Shown: positions 29,586-38,717 of the stretch, piece by piece | How the letters are laid out: each line of letters opens with the position of its first letter | How positions within the stretch are numbered: the stretch's first letter is position 1 | Position numbers and translations under genes: made by a program | Source of the DNA: Acinetobacter phage Ab5 | Sequence record: PP763257.1 | Length of the DNA stretch: 64,000 bases | Direction: 5' to 3' (one strand) | Notes under the pieces: generated by a model | Told to the model about the DNA's origin: nothing | The model's input: only the letters and a program-made list of their open reading frames with translations | Databases searched by the model: none

Positions 29586-29900
29586 ATGATTGGCGTTAAA
29601 TTTTTAGAGCAAAACGCAGAAAAGACTTTTGATGAGATTATTGCTAAACCAGATAATCGTAAAGTGTTTGTTGATCAGATTGGTAAATTGGCATCACAGA
29701 AAGCCACTATCGCTCGACAGCAAGAGGTTTTAAAGGATGATGTATCAATTGTAGCAGATGCTTTTAAACTTAGTAAGACAGAAGTTAATAAGCTTGTGGA
29801 AGCTCAATTAAAGGATGATATTGAAGGAAGTGTTGAGAAGCTGGAATCGTTGATTGATAAGTATCAAATTCTGTTAGGTGAAGTTGAAAACGATGAATAA
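29586..29900 (+). CDS. hypothetical protein
   Basis: RBS AGGAGAG upstream. Confidence 0.5.
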   Translation: MIGVKFLEQNAEKTFDEIIAKPDNRKVFVDQIGKLASQKATIARQQEVLKDDVSIVADAFKLSKTEVNKLVEAQLKDDIEGSVEKLESLIDKYQILLGEVENDE

Positions 29901-30162
29901 TATTTTGAATGTTACTCTTTCTGACTTCTTACCAACAACAGAAGAGCTTGATAAGTTTTATGTCGTGTATAAGAATCAGGAAGACATTCTAAGTGTTGAT
30001 ATCAAGGAGGGAGACGAAAGTCTCCTTTCTGAATATGATGCTTGGTTTGAAAATAAAGATTTAGATGCAGAGTTGTTATTCAATGCTTTATTTATGTCTA
30101 AAGTTTTTTATGAAGCAATCAATAATGTAGAGATTGTTGAGCAAGGAGAGAGTGATGACTAA
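29878..30162 (+). CDS. hypothetical protein
   Basis: Overlap coupling with the upstream ORF. Confidence 0.4.
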   Translation: MKLKTMNNILNVTLSDFLPTTEELDKFYVVYKNQEDILSVDIKEGDESLLSEYDAWFENKDLDAELLFNALFMSKVFYEAINNVEIVEQGESDD

Positions 30163-30370
30163 GAAGATTTATAATTTTAGTGTACCTATTTGTGGTGAAG
30201 AGTATTTTAGTGTAATAGCTAGTTCTTATGAAGAAGCTGTAGAAAAGATTAATAGAGAAGAATATTATGTAGAACCAACACTTGATGACATTGATTGGGA
30301 TTTTGGTTTCAGATCAGTTGGTGAAGAGCTTCCCAAATGCTACACTGTAGAAGATTATGATGGAGAGTAA
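30134..30370 (+). CDS. small protein of the 'SxEEA' paralogue family
   Basis: Motif IASSYEEAVEKI. Related to 30375, 39875, 40038 and 41840. Confidence 0.45.
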   Translation: MLSKERVMTKKIYNFSVPICGEEYFSVIASSYEEAVEKINREEYYVEPTLDDIDWDFGFRSVGEELPKCYTVEDYDGE

Positions 30371-30374
30371 TTGA

Positions 30375-30545
30375 TGAAAGTTTATGTACATGCAAGTTAC
30401 CTAGTAACTGAAACATTTCCGATTGAAGTGGATGAAGAAAGTGAGATTAGAGATAAGGCTTGGTCACTTGCTTATGACTTAACACATAAGTACGATGTTG
30501 AAGATATTTATGATGTTGATTGGGAAATCATTGAGGAGGATGAAT
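30375..30545 (+). CDS. 56-aa protein of the 'SxEEA' paralogue family
   Basis: Motif YVHASYLVTETFPIEVDEESEIRDKA. Below the track cutoff. ATGA overlap with the next gene. Confidence 0.35.
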
Positions 30546-31293
30546 GAAGGGTGGTGATCTAATAAACACTATTCTTCCATCAAATAACTGTGGTGATTTT
30601 ATGATTTTAGAATATGAAAATTCTAGGAGAGTTAAAGTTAGATTTTTAAAAACAGGTTATGAGTGTGTCTCATCTTTACGAAATTTGAAATTAGGTCAAG
30701 TGAAAGATAGAATGTTACCTTCTGTTTTTGGGGTTGGATTTCTTGGTGATGCGCCAACTAAGATTGATTCTTTGATATTGAGGGAATATTCTATATGGGT
30801 TCAGATGCTTCGTAGATGTTATTCTTTGGTTGATAGATCAAAATACCCCTCTTATGAAAATTGTAGTGTATCTGATTATTTTTTGAATTATTCTAATTTT
30901 AGTAGCTGGTGTAATAAACAGATTGGTTTTGGTAATCAAGGTTGGCACTTAGATAAAGACTTGTTAGTAAAAGGTAATAAAGTTTATAGTGAAGAAACGT
31001 GTATTTTCTTACCCCAAGAGTTAAACTCTTTAGTGATAAGAAACAACTCTTGTCGTGGGAAGTATCCAATTGGTGTTAGTTTCAACAAAGACTCTTCAAA
31101 ATTTATGTCGCAGTTAAGTATGTCTTTTGAAACAAAATATATTGGTTATTACAACACACCTGAAGAAGCTTTCTATGCTTATAAAGAAGCTAAAGAAGCC
31201 TTTATTAAAGAACAGGCTAAGAAGTGGAAAGATAAGATTGACCCTAGAGCTTGCGAAGCTTTGATGAATTATGAGGTAGATATTAATGATTAG
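30544..31293 (+). CDS. HNH (HNH_3) – AP2-domain homing endonuclease
   Basis: HNH_3-like motif WHLDKDLLVKGNKVYSEETC and an AP2-like GVSF…YIGYYNTPEEAFYAYKEAKE. Paralogous to 45584 and 52151. Confidence 0.7.
   Translation: MKGGDLINTILPSNNCGDFMILEYENSRRVKVRFLKTGYECVSSLRNLKLGQVKDRMLPSVFGVGFLGDAPTKIDSLILREYSIWVQMLRRCYSLVDRSKYPSYENCSVSDYFLNYSNFSSWCNKQIGFGNQGWHLDKDLLVKGNKVYSEETCIFLPQELNSLVIRNNSCRGKYPIGVSFNKDSSKFMSQLSMSFETKYIGYYNTPEEAFYAYKEAKEAFIKEQAKKWKDKIDPRACEALMNYEVDIND
31143..31293 (+). repeat. copy 1 of an approximately 150-bp near-identical segment (about 88% identical) shared by two AP2-HNH genes
   Basis: ggttattacaacacacctgaagaagctttctat…gatgaattatgaggtagatattaatgatt is matched almost base-for-base at 46223-46372. 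Confidence 0.7.
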
Positions 31294-32309
31294 TGAGGAT
31301 AAATAACGTGGGAAAAATTACTAATGAAGATTGGAAACAGAAAGCTTTAGATTATCGCAAGCAGGGTTTATCCTCTCGTAAGATTTGTGATAAGTTGGGA
31401 TGGAGTCGAACTAAGAAAAGTACGATAAATTATTTCTTCGAACGTCATGATCGTGAACAACAAGCTGTAGATGCGTTGTTTAAATCAGCACAAGAAGAAC
31501 CAAGTGTTAAGATTCTTTATTTGGATTTGGAATACACATTCTCTTTCTCAGGACATTTTCAGAATTGGGGTGTTAATATTTCACAGGATGCCAAGATTCG
31601 TGAAAGTCATTTACTTTCTTACGCATACGCTTGGAATAACGGAGAAGTTAAGGGTGAGGTTTTAAAGGCTGAAGCTATTCAGAACGACTTACTACGATCT
31701 ATTGTTCAGAATGATGTTAAAACAGATATTGATTTTGATATGACATTAAAGCTTTGGCATTTGTTAGATCAATGTGATATTGCTATCGCACATAATTCAA
31801 GAGGTTATGACATTAAGCAAATGAATTCATTGTTTTTAAAATACAACTTACCACTACCTTCTCCGTATAAGGTTGTTGACACTTTAGCAATTGCTAAGAA
31901 GATGTTTAAACTTCCATTTAAGAGTTTGAAATACTTAGCTCAATATTTGAATGTTACACAGAAGATTGACAATGGTGGTAACGAGTTTTGGCGTTTGGCT
32001 TCAATTGGTTATTCTGATGAAGTTTTAAATGAAATGCTCACTTATAATAAAGGTGACATTGAAACGTTACGTGAAGTTTATTTGAAATTAAGGATGTATA
32101 ATAATGATGGGGTTAATGTTGCTGCATTTGATGGTGGTGATGAGGTACGATGTCCTACTTGCTCTTCTACTGACTTATCTAAGTTAAACAAGCAAGCTAC
32201 AACTACACGACATCAATATGATGTTTATCGTTGTAATCACTGTCAAGCTTTAAGTCGTTCAGCAAACGTTAAAGGTGAAGCTAAATATTTGGTTCATGTG
32301 AGTGGTTGA
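31293..32309 (+). CDS. DEDDh-family 3'-5' exonuclease with an N-terminal HTH and a C-terminal Zn ribbon
   Basis: GTG start overlaps the stop (TAGTG). Exo I ILYLDLEYT, Exo II IAHNSRGYDIKQM, Exo III GDIETLREVY, CPTC…CNHC. Confidence 0.6.
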   Translation: MRINNVGKITNEDWKQKALDYRKQGLSSRKICDKLGWSRTKKSTINYFFERHDREQQAVDALFKSAQEEPSVKILYLDLEYTFSFSGHFQNWGVNISQDAKIRESHLLSYAYAWNNGEVKGEVLKAEAIQNDLLRSIVQNDVKTDIDFDMTLKLWHLLDQCDIAIAHNSRGYDIKQMNSLFLKYNLPLPSPYKVVDTLAIAKKMFKLPFKSLKYLAQYLNVTQKIDNGGNEFWRLASIGYSDEVLNEMLTYNKGDIETLREVYLKLRMYNNDGVNVAAFDGGDEVRCPTCSSTDLSKLNKQATTTRHQYDVYRCNHCQALSRSANVKGEAKYLVHVSG

Positions 32310-32547
32310 TATGTTAAGTTATCAAGAAGAGAGAGAGCTTTGGCAGCTTATTAAAAAGTTTTCAAAATCTAAAGAGTTTAGACATACGGTTTCTGGTAGT
32401 ATTTTATTAACAGAGTATTATCTGGATGGTGATGTCTTATCTATAGAGGAAATTGATAATCTTGTTTCGGTTTCTTTAAACGATTGTGAAATTTATGGAT
32501 ATATTGATGTGAAAAGTGCTTTGGAGAATCCACCTGATGAAAATTGA
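32302..32547 (+). CDS. hypothetical protein
   Basis: Overlap coupling with the upstream ORF. Confidence 0.45.
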   Translation: MVDMLSYQEERELWQLIKKFSKSKEFRHTVSGSILLTEYYLDGDVLSIEEIDNLVSVSLNDCEIYGYIDVKSALENPPDEN

Positions 32548-32818
32548 TGTTAAAGAAAAGTTGGTTAAGGTTGACATTGTGACAAATAAGATTTTCCTTA
32601 AAGCTATCAAGAGGGAGGATTTGATTTCAATAACACTTCCCGATTGTTACTTAAGAGAGGATCGTTTAATTTGTAAGCGTGTTGGCGAAGTATATGAATT
32701 CACTATTCATGATGAAGAGTTGGGATATATTGATTTTAAAATTCGACCGCAAGTAGAGAGCCAAGATTACAACACTCGTGAAATTATGTGTACTTTACTA
32801 AGTATGCACAATAACTAA
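32516..32818 (+). CDS. hypothetical protein
   Basis: Co-directional ORF. Confidence 0.4.
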   Translation: MLWRIHLMKIDVKEKLVKVDIVTNKIFLKAIKREDLISITLPDCYLREDRLICKRVGEVYEFTIHDEELGYIDFKIRPQVESQDYNTREIMCTLLSMHNN

Positions 32819-32847
32819 CCAAACAGTTTGAAATTTGAAAATATTGA

Positions 32848-32876
32848 TTGACATACTTTTCGAAGTGTGTCATTAT
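32848..32876 (+). promoter_or_regulatory. promoter for the tRNA gene
   Basis: TTGACA-N17-CATTAT ends about 12 nt before the tRNA 5' end. Confidence 0.55.
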
Positions 32877-32888
32877 TTGTTTTGTAAA

Positions 32889-32965
32889 GGGCTGTTCGTC
32901 TAATTGGATAAGACATCATAATTCTAGTGTGATTGATGCAGGTTCGAATCCTGTGCAGCCTGCCA
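32889..32965 (+). tRNA. tRNA-Arg (anticodon UCU)
   Basis: Manual fold. Acceptor GGGCTGT/GCAGCCT has G-U pairs at the ends. D-arm GTCT/AGAC with a GG loop. Anticodon stem TCATA/TGTGA, loop ATTCTAG. T-arm GCAGG-TTCGAAT-CCTGT. Discriminator G plus CCA is encoded. Confidence 0.75.
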
Positions 32966-32989
32966 AGATTTTAATATAGGAGAAAGAGG

Positions 32990-33679
32990 GTGACAGAAAA
33001 ATTTTCAGAGATGACAGAAACAAGTAACACAGAATTAACACCACAACAACAATATAAAAACATTTTAGAAAAAGCACTTCAAGCAGCAATTTTATTAAAC
33101 AAAATTATTCGTGGTAAATCAGTTGAAGAATATTCAGATGAAGAGTTATCTGAAGCAATCTTTACACAATCTAATGTTGTAACCAAAGAAGAAATTATTG
33201 AATGGATTTCTAATTATGGTTTAGATACTGTTGAGGAATTGGATGGTGCTTGTGACACAGCGTTCACAGTCGTTTATTTACACCACCTTTTAGAAGAAGC
33301 TAAGAAACGAGATTATATTGAAGTTAATTACAAGCATACCAACTTAATCACTTTACTTGGTAATCTTGTGATGTCTAATCTTCCATTAGATGATGATAAA
33401 TACTATGATACTTTTGAAGAAGCAATGGATCGTGTTATTGAAAACAATATGTCTAAAGTGACAACTGATGTTGAATATTTTAAAAAATGGGAATCACCAA
33501 AAGGTGAAAAATTAATTCCTAAGTCAACAGTGGTTGATGGAACACGCTATTATTTGTTGGTTAATGCTGAAGGAAAGTGTCGTAAACCAGATCACTTTGT
33601 TAGTGTTGATTTGACAGATTTAGCAGAACGTTTAGAGAAACAATGGAATGGGGTTACAAATGGCAAAGAAGAAAACTAA
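32990..33679 (+). CDS. hypothetical protein, possibly a nucleotide-metabolism enzyme (all-alpha NTP pyrophosphohydrolase-like?)
   Basis: RBS GGAGAAAGAGGGTG upstream. 229 aa, acidic, with EExxE/D-rich helices. It lies in the nucleotide-metabolism neighbourhood. The functional assignment is weak. Confidence 0.5.
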   Translation: MTEKFSEMTETSNTELTPQQQYKNILEKALQAAILLNKIIRGKSVEEYSDEELSEAIFTQSNVVTKEEIIEWISNYGLDTVEELDGACDTAFTVVYLHHLLEEAKKRDYIEVNYKHTNLITLLGNLVMSNLPLDDDKYYDTFEEAMDRVIENNMSKVTTDVEYFKKWESPKGEKLIPKSTVVDGTRYYLLVNAEGKCRKPDHFVSVDLTDLAERLEKQWNGVTNGKEEN

Positions 33680-34091
33680 AGGAAAGCAGAGTGATTATAT
33701 TCAACATCGTGTTGGTGTTTATGCAACAGAATCAGATTTGAAAGATGACACAGTTGTTTTTCTAGCTGTTCAATGTGGGATATTAACACCAAACGATTAT
33801 GATATTGTTGATGCTGTTGTTGGCGACAAGAGACCAGAAAAGAAGATTGTTGTTAAAGAATATTCTGAAAAGGCTATTCAAGCTATTTTAAAAAACCTAT
33901 TTGGATTTAGGGATGGTTGGTATGAAGTTGAAGTTGTAGAGAAACAACGTACACGATTTGGTAATAAAGTTGTATACAATGAGAAACGTTACACTGGATT
34001 AGAGAGGGAAGATAAGGATTGGACATCATCCTCAATGTGTAGTGATGAGATGAAGAGTTGTTTAGTCTTCGGATCGAGAGGTGAAGTCTAA
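33648..34091 (+). CDS. hypothetical protein
   Basis: 147-aa ORF overlapping the upstream gene's end. Confidence 0.45.
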   Translation: MGLQMAKKKTKGKQSDYIQHRVGVYATESDLKDDTVVFLAVQCGILTPNDYDIVDAVVGDKRPEKKIVVKEYSEKAIQAILKNLFGFRDGWYEVEVVEKQRTRFGNKVVYNEKRYTGLEREDKDWTSSSMCSDEMKSCLVFGSRGEV

Positions 34092-34351
34092 TGCTTTATT
34101 TTGTTATTACTTATCTTCTGGTTGGAATTGTATTAACTACTCTTTTATGTAAATTGGTTGATGATAATATTGATGAGTTTAAAGAATATGTGAATGATGA
34201 AGCAAGTTATAATTTTTATGTAAATCATAAATGGATTTGCTTCTCAATCTTAGTTTTCGCAACTCCTTTGTATTATACATATCAATTTGCAGTTTGGTTT
34301 ATTAAGTATTTAGTTGGTTTAACGTTGAAATTATTTGGTGGTAAGAAGTGA
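34091..34351 (+). CDS. small membrane protein
   Basis: ATG overlaps the upstream stop. Two hydrophobic helices. Confidence 0.45.
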   Translation: MLYFVITYLLVGIVLTTLLCKLVDDNIDEFKEYVNDEASYNFYVNHKWICFSILVFATPLYYTYQFAVWFIKYLVGLTLKLFGGKK

Positions 34352-35373
34352 TTAAGAGTGATTTATTAATCGAGTCTTCAAGTTATGTGGACAAATATCC
34401 ACAGTTTGTTGAAGCAATCCGAAAACAAAAAGAAGATTTATTTTGGACAGAAAAAGAAATTGATCTGAATAAGGATAAACAGGATTTACGGCATCGTTTG
34501 TCTAAAGCCCAACGACATGCGATCTCTTTTAATCAAAAACTGTTTACAAAATATGAGAGTGTTATTGGACAGGATTATTGGATTGGGGTTGTGTCAAAAC
34601 GATACAAACGTCATGAAATTCAGCGAATGGCTGCTTGCTTTGCAGATGTTGAGATGAATATTCATTTTCCTTTTTATCGAAGAGTGAATGAAGTTCTTGG
34701 CGTACACAATGATGAATTCTACCAGCAATTTGAAACAGACCCTCTCTTGATTGAGCGTGTTAAATTCATGAATGACTTGGTGTCTAGTAAGGATACGTTA
34801 GTATCAATTGGCGGGTTTGCTTTTATGGAGGGGGCTGTGCTGTTCACAGCATTTGCGATGATTAAGTCGTTGAGTGTTCATGGTCAAAACTTCATGTCAA
34901 ATTTGGTGGCTGGGATTGAGATGTCTGTTTTAGACGAGAGTCATCATTTCGACATGGCAGCAGAAATATTCAAACTGCAAAAGAAACAAGAAAAACGATC
35001 TAAGGAAGAATTGAAAGAGCTAGAGTTAAAGATTAAAGATCATGCACGTAATGTGTATGAGCATGAGTGTCTTTTGATTAAAGCAATGCTTGCCGAAGGA
35101 GACATCCCATTCGCAGGATATAAGGATTTAACTGGATTTGCTGCACACCGTTGTAATATGGTATTAAATGCATTAGGATACTCTTCTATATTTGATGAGT
35201 CTGATGACACGATTAGTTCTTGGTTCTACTCTTCAATGAACTCTTTTAAGTTTAACGACAACTTTTATACTCGTGGTCGAAACTATAAGAAAGAGTTTAC
35301 TGAGAAGGATTTCGATATATTTAGTACAGGTGAGTTTAAAGAGGTTTTAAATAAGGTGGAAGGTGTTTATTAA
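34348..35373 (+). CDS. nrdB: ribonucleotide reductase class I beta (small) subunit
   Basis: Ferritin-like E…H ligand pairs (FADVEMNIHF, EGAVLF, LDESHHF) and a conserved Tyr (FPFYRRV). ATGA overlap with the next gene. Confidence 0.8.
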   Translation: MIKSDLLIESSSYVDKYPQFVEAIRKQKEDLFWTEKEIDLNKDKQDLRHRLSKAQRHAISFNQKLFTKYESVIGQDYWIGVVSKRYKRHEIQRMAACFADVEMNIHFPFYRRVNEVLGVHNDEFYQQFETDPLLIERVKFMNDLVSSKDTLVSIGGFAFMEGAVLFTAFAMIKSLSVHGQNFMSNLVAGIEMSVLDESHHFDMAAEIFKLQKKQEKRSKEELKELELKIKDHARNVYEHECLLIKAMLAEGDIPFAGYKDLTGFAAHRCNMVLNALGYSSIFDESDDTISSWFYSSMNSFKFNDNFYTRGRNYKKEFTEKDFDIFSTGEFKEVLNKVEGVY

Positions 35374-37115
35374 TGACTAAGGTTCGTAATTTTAGTAAAG
35401 AGCGAAAACAGCTGCAAAAAGAGGGTTTATGTCCTAGTTGGATGACAACACAAGGTTATCAATTACTAGCAACTAAATATCTTAACGGTGAATCTAAATC
35501 ACCAAAAGACCAATATGAACGTATTGCAAAAACTCTAGCTAAACATGCACCAAAAGAATTTCCTGATTTTTGGAATGAGATTGATTATTGGAAAGATAAA
35601 AGTTGGGAGCAAGCTTTCTTTTCTATCTTATGGGATGGTTTATTAAGTCCATCAACACCAGTCCTAACAAACACAGGGACGGATTTCGGTTTGACTGTTT
35701 CTTGTAGTGGAGCTTATGTTGGTGACAGTGTTTATGACTTTTATGAGAGTCGAATGACCAATGCTTTGTTAAGTAAGGAAGGTTTTGGTACTTCGGCTTA
35801 TCTAGGTGATATTCGCCCACGAGGAAGTAAAATGAAAGGGGGTGAAGCTTCAGGAGCGCAACCTGTAGCAGAAATGTTTGTAGATGATTCTAAGAAGATT
35901 TCACAAGGGTCATCTAGACGGGGCGCTACTGCTTGGTATTATCCAATTGAAGGTGACGATTTTAACGAATTGGTACATTATTTAGAAACAGATACAGATG
36001 GTAATAATGCTGGTTGGTGTTTAACGGACAGCTTCTTTGAAAAGCTTAAATCTGGTGATAAAGAAGCTATTAAACGTTGGGGTAAAATGCTATCATGTAA
36101 GGGTAATGTTGGTAGTGGTTATCAGTTTTTTGTTGACAAGGTTAATCGACAAAGACCAGAAGCTTACGTGAAAAACAATCTTTTTGTAAAAGCGTCTCAA
36201 CTCTGTTCGGAGATAACTTTGTTCTCTGATGAAGATCATGTTTATACTTGTATTCTTAGTAGCGAGAACTTAAGAATGTGGTACAATCGTCCTAAAATGC
36301 TTGCTTTTGTTGCAACGGTGTTCTTAGATTGTGTTACAGAAGAGTTTATTCAAAAGGGTAAAAATATCGCTGGGATTGAAAAAGCGATTAGATATACGGA
36401 AAAAGCTCGTAGTCTTGGATTAGGTGCTATGGCATTTCATACCCTGTTGTTAGATAACAATATTGTTTATGGAAGTCTGGAAAGTCAGATATTAAATCAT
36501 GAGATTTTCTCCACTATTCAAGGTGAAGCGAAACAAGCTTCGCAATGGTTGGCTACTATATTTGGTGAACCAGAATGGTGTGTTGGAACTGGTATGAGAA
36601 ATACACACTTAACAGCAATTGCTCCAACTAAAAGTACAGCCCTGATTCTAGGAGGTGTGTCTGAAGGAATTAACCCTCAAGTTGGTTTTGTTTTCACTCA
36701 GTCAACCCCTGCTGGGGAAGTTTTTCGTATTGATCCATCATTCTTAAACTTATTGAAGACGAAGGGTCTATACGTGTCTGAGGATGACAGAGATACCTTG
36801 AAGCTTTTGGGTGATATCAACAATCACAAAGGAAGTATTCAACACCGACCAGAGTTTTCTCAAGAGGAAAAAGCTGTATTCAGAACAGCTTTTGAGATTA
36901 ATCCTTATGATCACATTGATTTGGTTGATTACAGACAACAGTTTGTTTGTCAGTCACAAAGTTGTAATCTTTTTGTGACAAACATGTCTGGTAAGGAGGT
37001 TAGTAAATTGTATTTCTATGCTTATGCTAAACCTAATATTGCTTCTTTGTATTACCACACAGGAATGCGAGACTCTAATATTAAAACGAACTTTGAATGT
37101 TCTAGTTGTGAATAA
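35373..37115 (+). CDS. nrdA: ribonucleotide reductase class I alpha (large) subunit, compact form lacking an ATP cone
   Basis: Active-site Cys in LTVSCSG, QLCSEITL (N-C-E loop) and TCILSSENL. A YY pair near the C-terminus. C-terminal CSSC redox pair. Confidence 0.8.
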   Translation: MTKVRNFSKERKQLQKEGLCPSWMTTQGYQLLATKYLNGESKSPKDQYERIAKTLAKHAPKEFPDFWNEIDYWKDKSWEQAFFSILWDGLLSPSTPVLTNTGTDFGLTVSCSGAYVGDSVYDFYESRMTNALLSKEGFGTSAYLGDIRPRGSKMKGGEASGAQPVAEMFVDDSKKISQGSSRRGATAWYYPIEGDDFNELVHYLETDTDGNNAGWCLTDSFFEKLKSGDKEAIKRWGKMLSCKGNVGSGYQFFVDKVNRQRPEAYVKNNLFVKASQLCSEITLFSDEDHVYTCILSSENLRMWYNRPKMLAFVATVFLDCVTEEFIQKGKNIAGIEKAIRYTEKARSLGLGAMAFHTLLLDNNIVYGSLESQILNHEIFSTIQGEAKQASQWLATIFGEPEWCVGTGMRNTHLTAIAPTKSTALILGGVSEGINPQVGFVFTQSTPAGEVFRIDPSFLNLLKTKGLYVSEDDRDTLKLLGDINNHKGSIQHRPEFSQEEKAVFRTAFEINPYDHIDLVDYRQQFVCQSQSCNLFVTNMSGKEVSKLYFYAYAKPNIASLYYHTGMRDSNIKTNFECSSCE

Positions 37116-37179
37116 CAGTGTAGAGTTGTAATGTCTAACGAGGGTGTTGTCCAACACCTTCTCTGATTGGAGTTTAAAA

Positions 37180-37410
37180 ATGTTTAAGATATATGGTCGT
37201 AATGGTTGTAGCTCGTGTGTTCAAGCTAAAGCTCTATTAGAATCTAAAGGGATTCCCTTAGAGTACCTCTCAATAGGTAAGGACTATGACTTGCAAAAGT
37301 TCATGTCGTTCAATCCAAGTCACAAAACATTTCCGCTAATTACACGGGTTGTTGAAGGTGTTGAGAAATATGTTGGTGGTCTTACTGAATTAAAAGAAAT
37401 TCTAAAATAA
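37180..37410 (+). CDS. glutaredoxin/NrdH-like redoxin
   Basis: RBS GGAG precedes ATG 37180 (MFKIYGRNGCSSC). The CxxC motif is in a thioredoxin-fold context. It lies next to the RNR genes. Confidence 0.65.
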   Translation: MFKIYGRNGCSSCVQAKALLESKGIPLEYLSIGKDYDLQKFMSFNPSHKTFPLITRVVEGVEKYVGGLTELKEILK

Positions 37411-37414
37411 TTTT

Positions 37415-37453
37415 AACGGAATGTTGACTTAACTGTTGACATTCCGTTTTTTA
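37415..37453 (+). terminator. intrinsic terminator (composite with a promoter)
   Basis: 10-bp stem aacggaatgt/acattccgtt with a 14-nt loop and T6. Confidence 0.7.
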
Positions 37454-37464
37454 TTGTCTAAAAT
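37436..37464 (+). promoter_or_regulatory. promoter embedded in the terminator's 3' arm
   Basis: TTGACA-N17-TAAAAT. The -35 box lies inside the descending stem. Confidence 0.5.
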
Positions 37465-37607
37465 TCAATTATCAAAACCATGCGTATTAAGGAATGTTTT
37501 AGATGTTATCATTTTATATTGTTATATCAACTTTGCTATTAGGATTTACTGGAGCTTCATGGAGTCAGGTTGGTTATTTAAATGTGTTAATTAAATTAAC
37601 TTTATTG

Positions 37608-37636
37608 TTGACATGTTTTATTGGAATGTGTATTAT
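37608..37636 (+). promoter_or_regulatory. promoter
   Basis: TTGACA-N17-TATTAT with an upstream TTAATTAAATTAAC AT-rich element. Confidence 0.55.
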
Positions 37637-37671
37637 GCTTCATAACTTTAATTTATCTTGGAAAGTTTAAG

Positions 37672-37890
37672 ATGAAGATTGGTGAGTTTGAGATAAAAGA
37701 AAATACATTTAGTATTGGAAACAATTATGTAATTGTATATGATGATGGTAAGATTGGTGTAGTTGCTAAAGGTGTTCATTGTTTTGTTCACGATTTTGCA
37801 AAACTAGAAGGTATTTTAGGTCTTGTTCGTAGTTACCACGAAAAAGAAATTCAGGAAAATTTTAGGAATTGGATTCATGAAGTTAAATAA
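37672..37890 (+). CDS. hypothetical protein
   Basis: ATG 37672 (MKIGEFEI) after the GGAAAG RBS. The track start at 37621 lies inside the promoter. Confidence 0.45.
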   Translation: MKIGEFEIKENTFSIGNNYVIVYDDGKIGVVAKGVHCFVHDFAKLEGILGLVRSYHEKEIQENFRNWIHEVK

Positions 37891-38050
37891 TATTGTTTTA
37901 AAACCTAATAAAGAAACTTTCTATGATGAAGAAGTTTCGAAAAAGAAGTTTAAAAAGTTGTCTAAAGAGTTTCGAAAGAATCGTAAAAACAAGCACGATG
38001 TATTTCGATTAAACAGTGAACACACACTAGAGGATTTTTATTATGAGTAA
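37877..38050 (+). CDS. small basic hypothetical protein
   Basis: ATG 37877 after AGGAATTGG. Lys-rich. Confidence 0.35.
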   Translation: MKLNNIVLKPNKETFYDEEVSKKKFKKLSKEFRKNRKNKHDVFRLNSEHTLEDFYYE

Positions 38051-38291
38051 TGTTGAAGTAAAATCTGCACAATTAAGTGATTTAAAGTTAACATTATCTA
38101 CTAATGTAGATGAAGATGCTTTGAATCAATACATTGATGATATTGTCCAGAGTTGTGAAGATAAATGGAATGATGTTAGTATTGATTACAATTCATTTGA
38201 AGATTATGTTTTAGATGAATTTGATGTTGATTATTTACTTAAATCTGGTATTATTAAAGTTGAAACTGAATTTTTCCATGTAGCATGGTGA
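38043..38291 (+). CDS. acidic hypothetical protein
   Basis: Overlap coupling with the upstream ORF. Confidence 0.45.
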   Translation: MSNVEVKSAQLSDLKLTLSTNVDEDALNQYIDDIVQSCEDKWNDVSIDYNSFEDYVLDEFDVDYLLKSGIIKVETEFFHVAW

Positions 38292-38295
38292 GTTT

Positions 38296-38468
38296 ATGAA
38301 GATGGAAAATAATATCACTGAACAACGTTGGAATGAGATTATTGAAAATCTTGAGCTTGATTTAGTGGTTGCAAATAAACAATATTGGAATAATCCTAAT
38401 CGTTATACAATCACTAAAGAAGATATTGAGAAGATCATCTCTGTTCTTAAAAATAATATTCCATTTTA
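38296..38468 (+). CDS. 57-aa hypothetical protein
   Basis: ATG shortly after the upstream stop. Below the track cutoff. Confidence 0.3.
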
Positions 38469-38483
38469 ATGAAGGAGTAATAT

Positions 38484-38717
38484 ATGCTACCAACAGATAT
38501 TAACATTATTGAGGATAATGATTTCTTAGATAAAGATGTATCAGCTTTAGTGACAGGTGACTTCTATCTATTTCACATTGATGAAGATGATGATCTATAT
38601 TTCTATAGAGATGGTGTTATTTGGAGTGGAAAACATAATGAAGATAAATTTGAATTATCTGATTGTGTAGAGTATAATTCTGGTACATTGAATATGTACA
38701 TTGATAGTTTGAAGTAA
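38484..38717 (+). CDS. hypothetical protein
   Basis: RBS AAGGAG upstream. Confidence 0.5.
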   Translation: MLPTDINIIEDNDFLDKDVSALVTGDFYLFHIDEDDDLYFYRDGVIWSGKHNEDKFELSDCVEYNSGTLNMYIDSLK

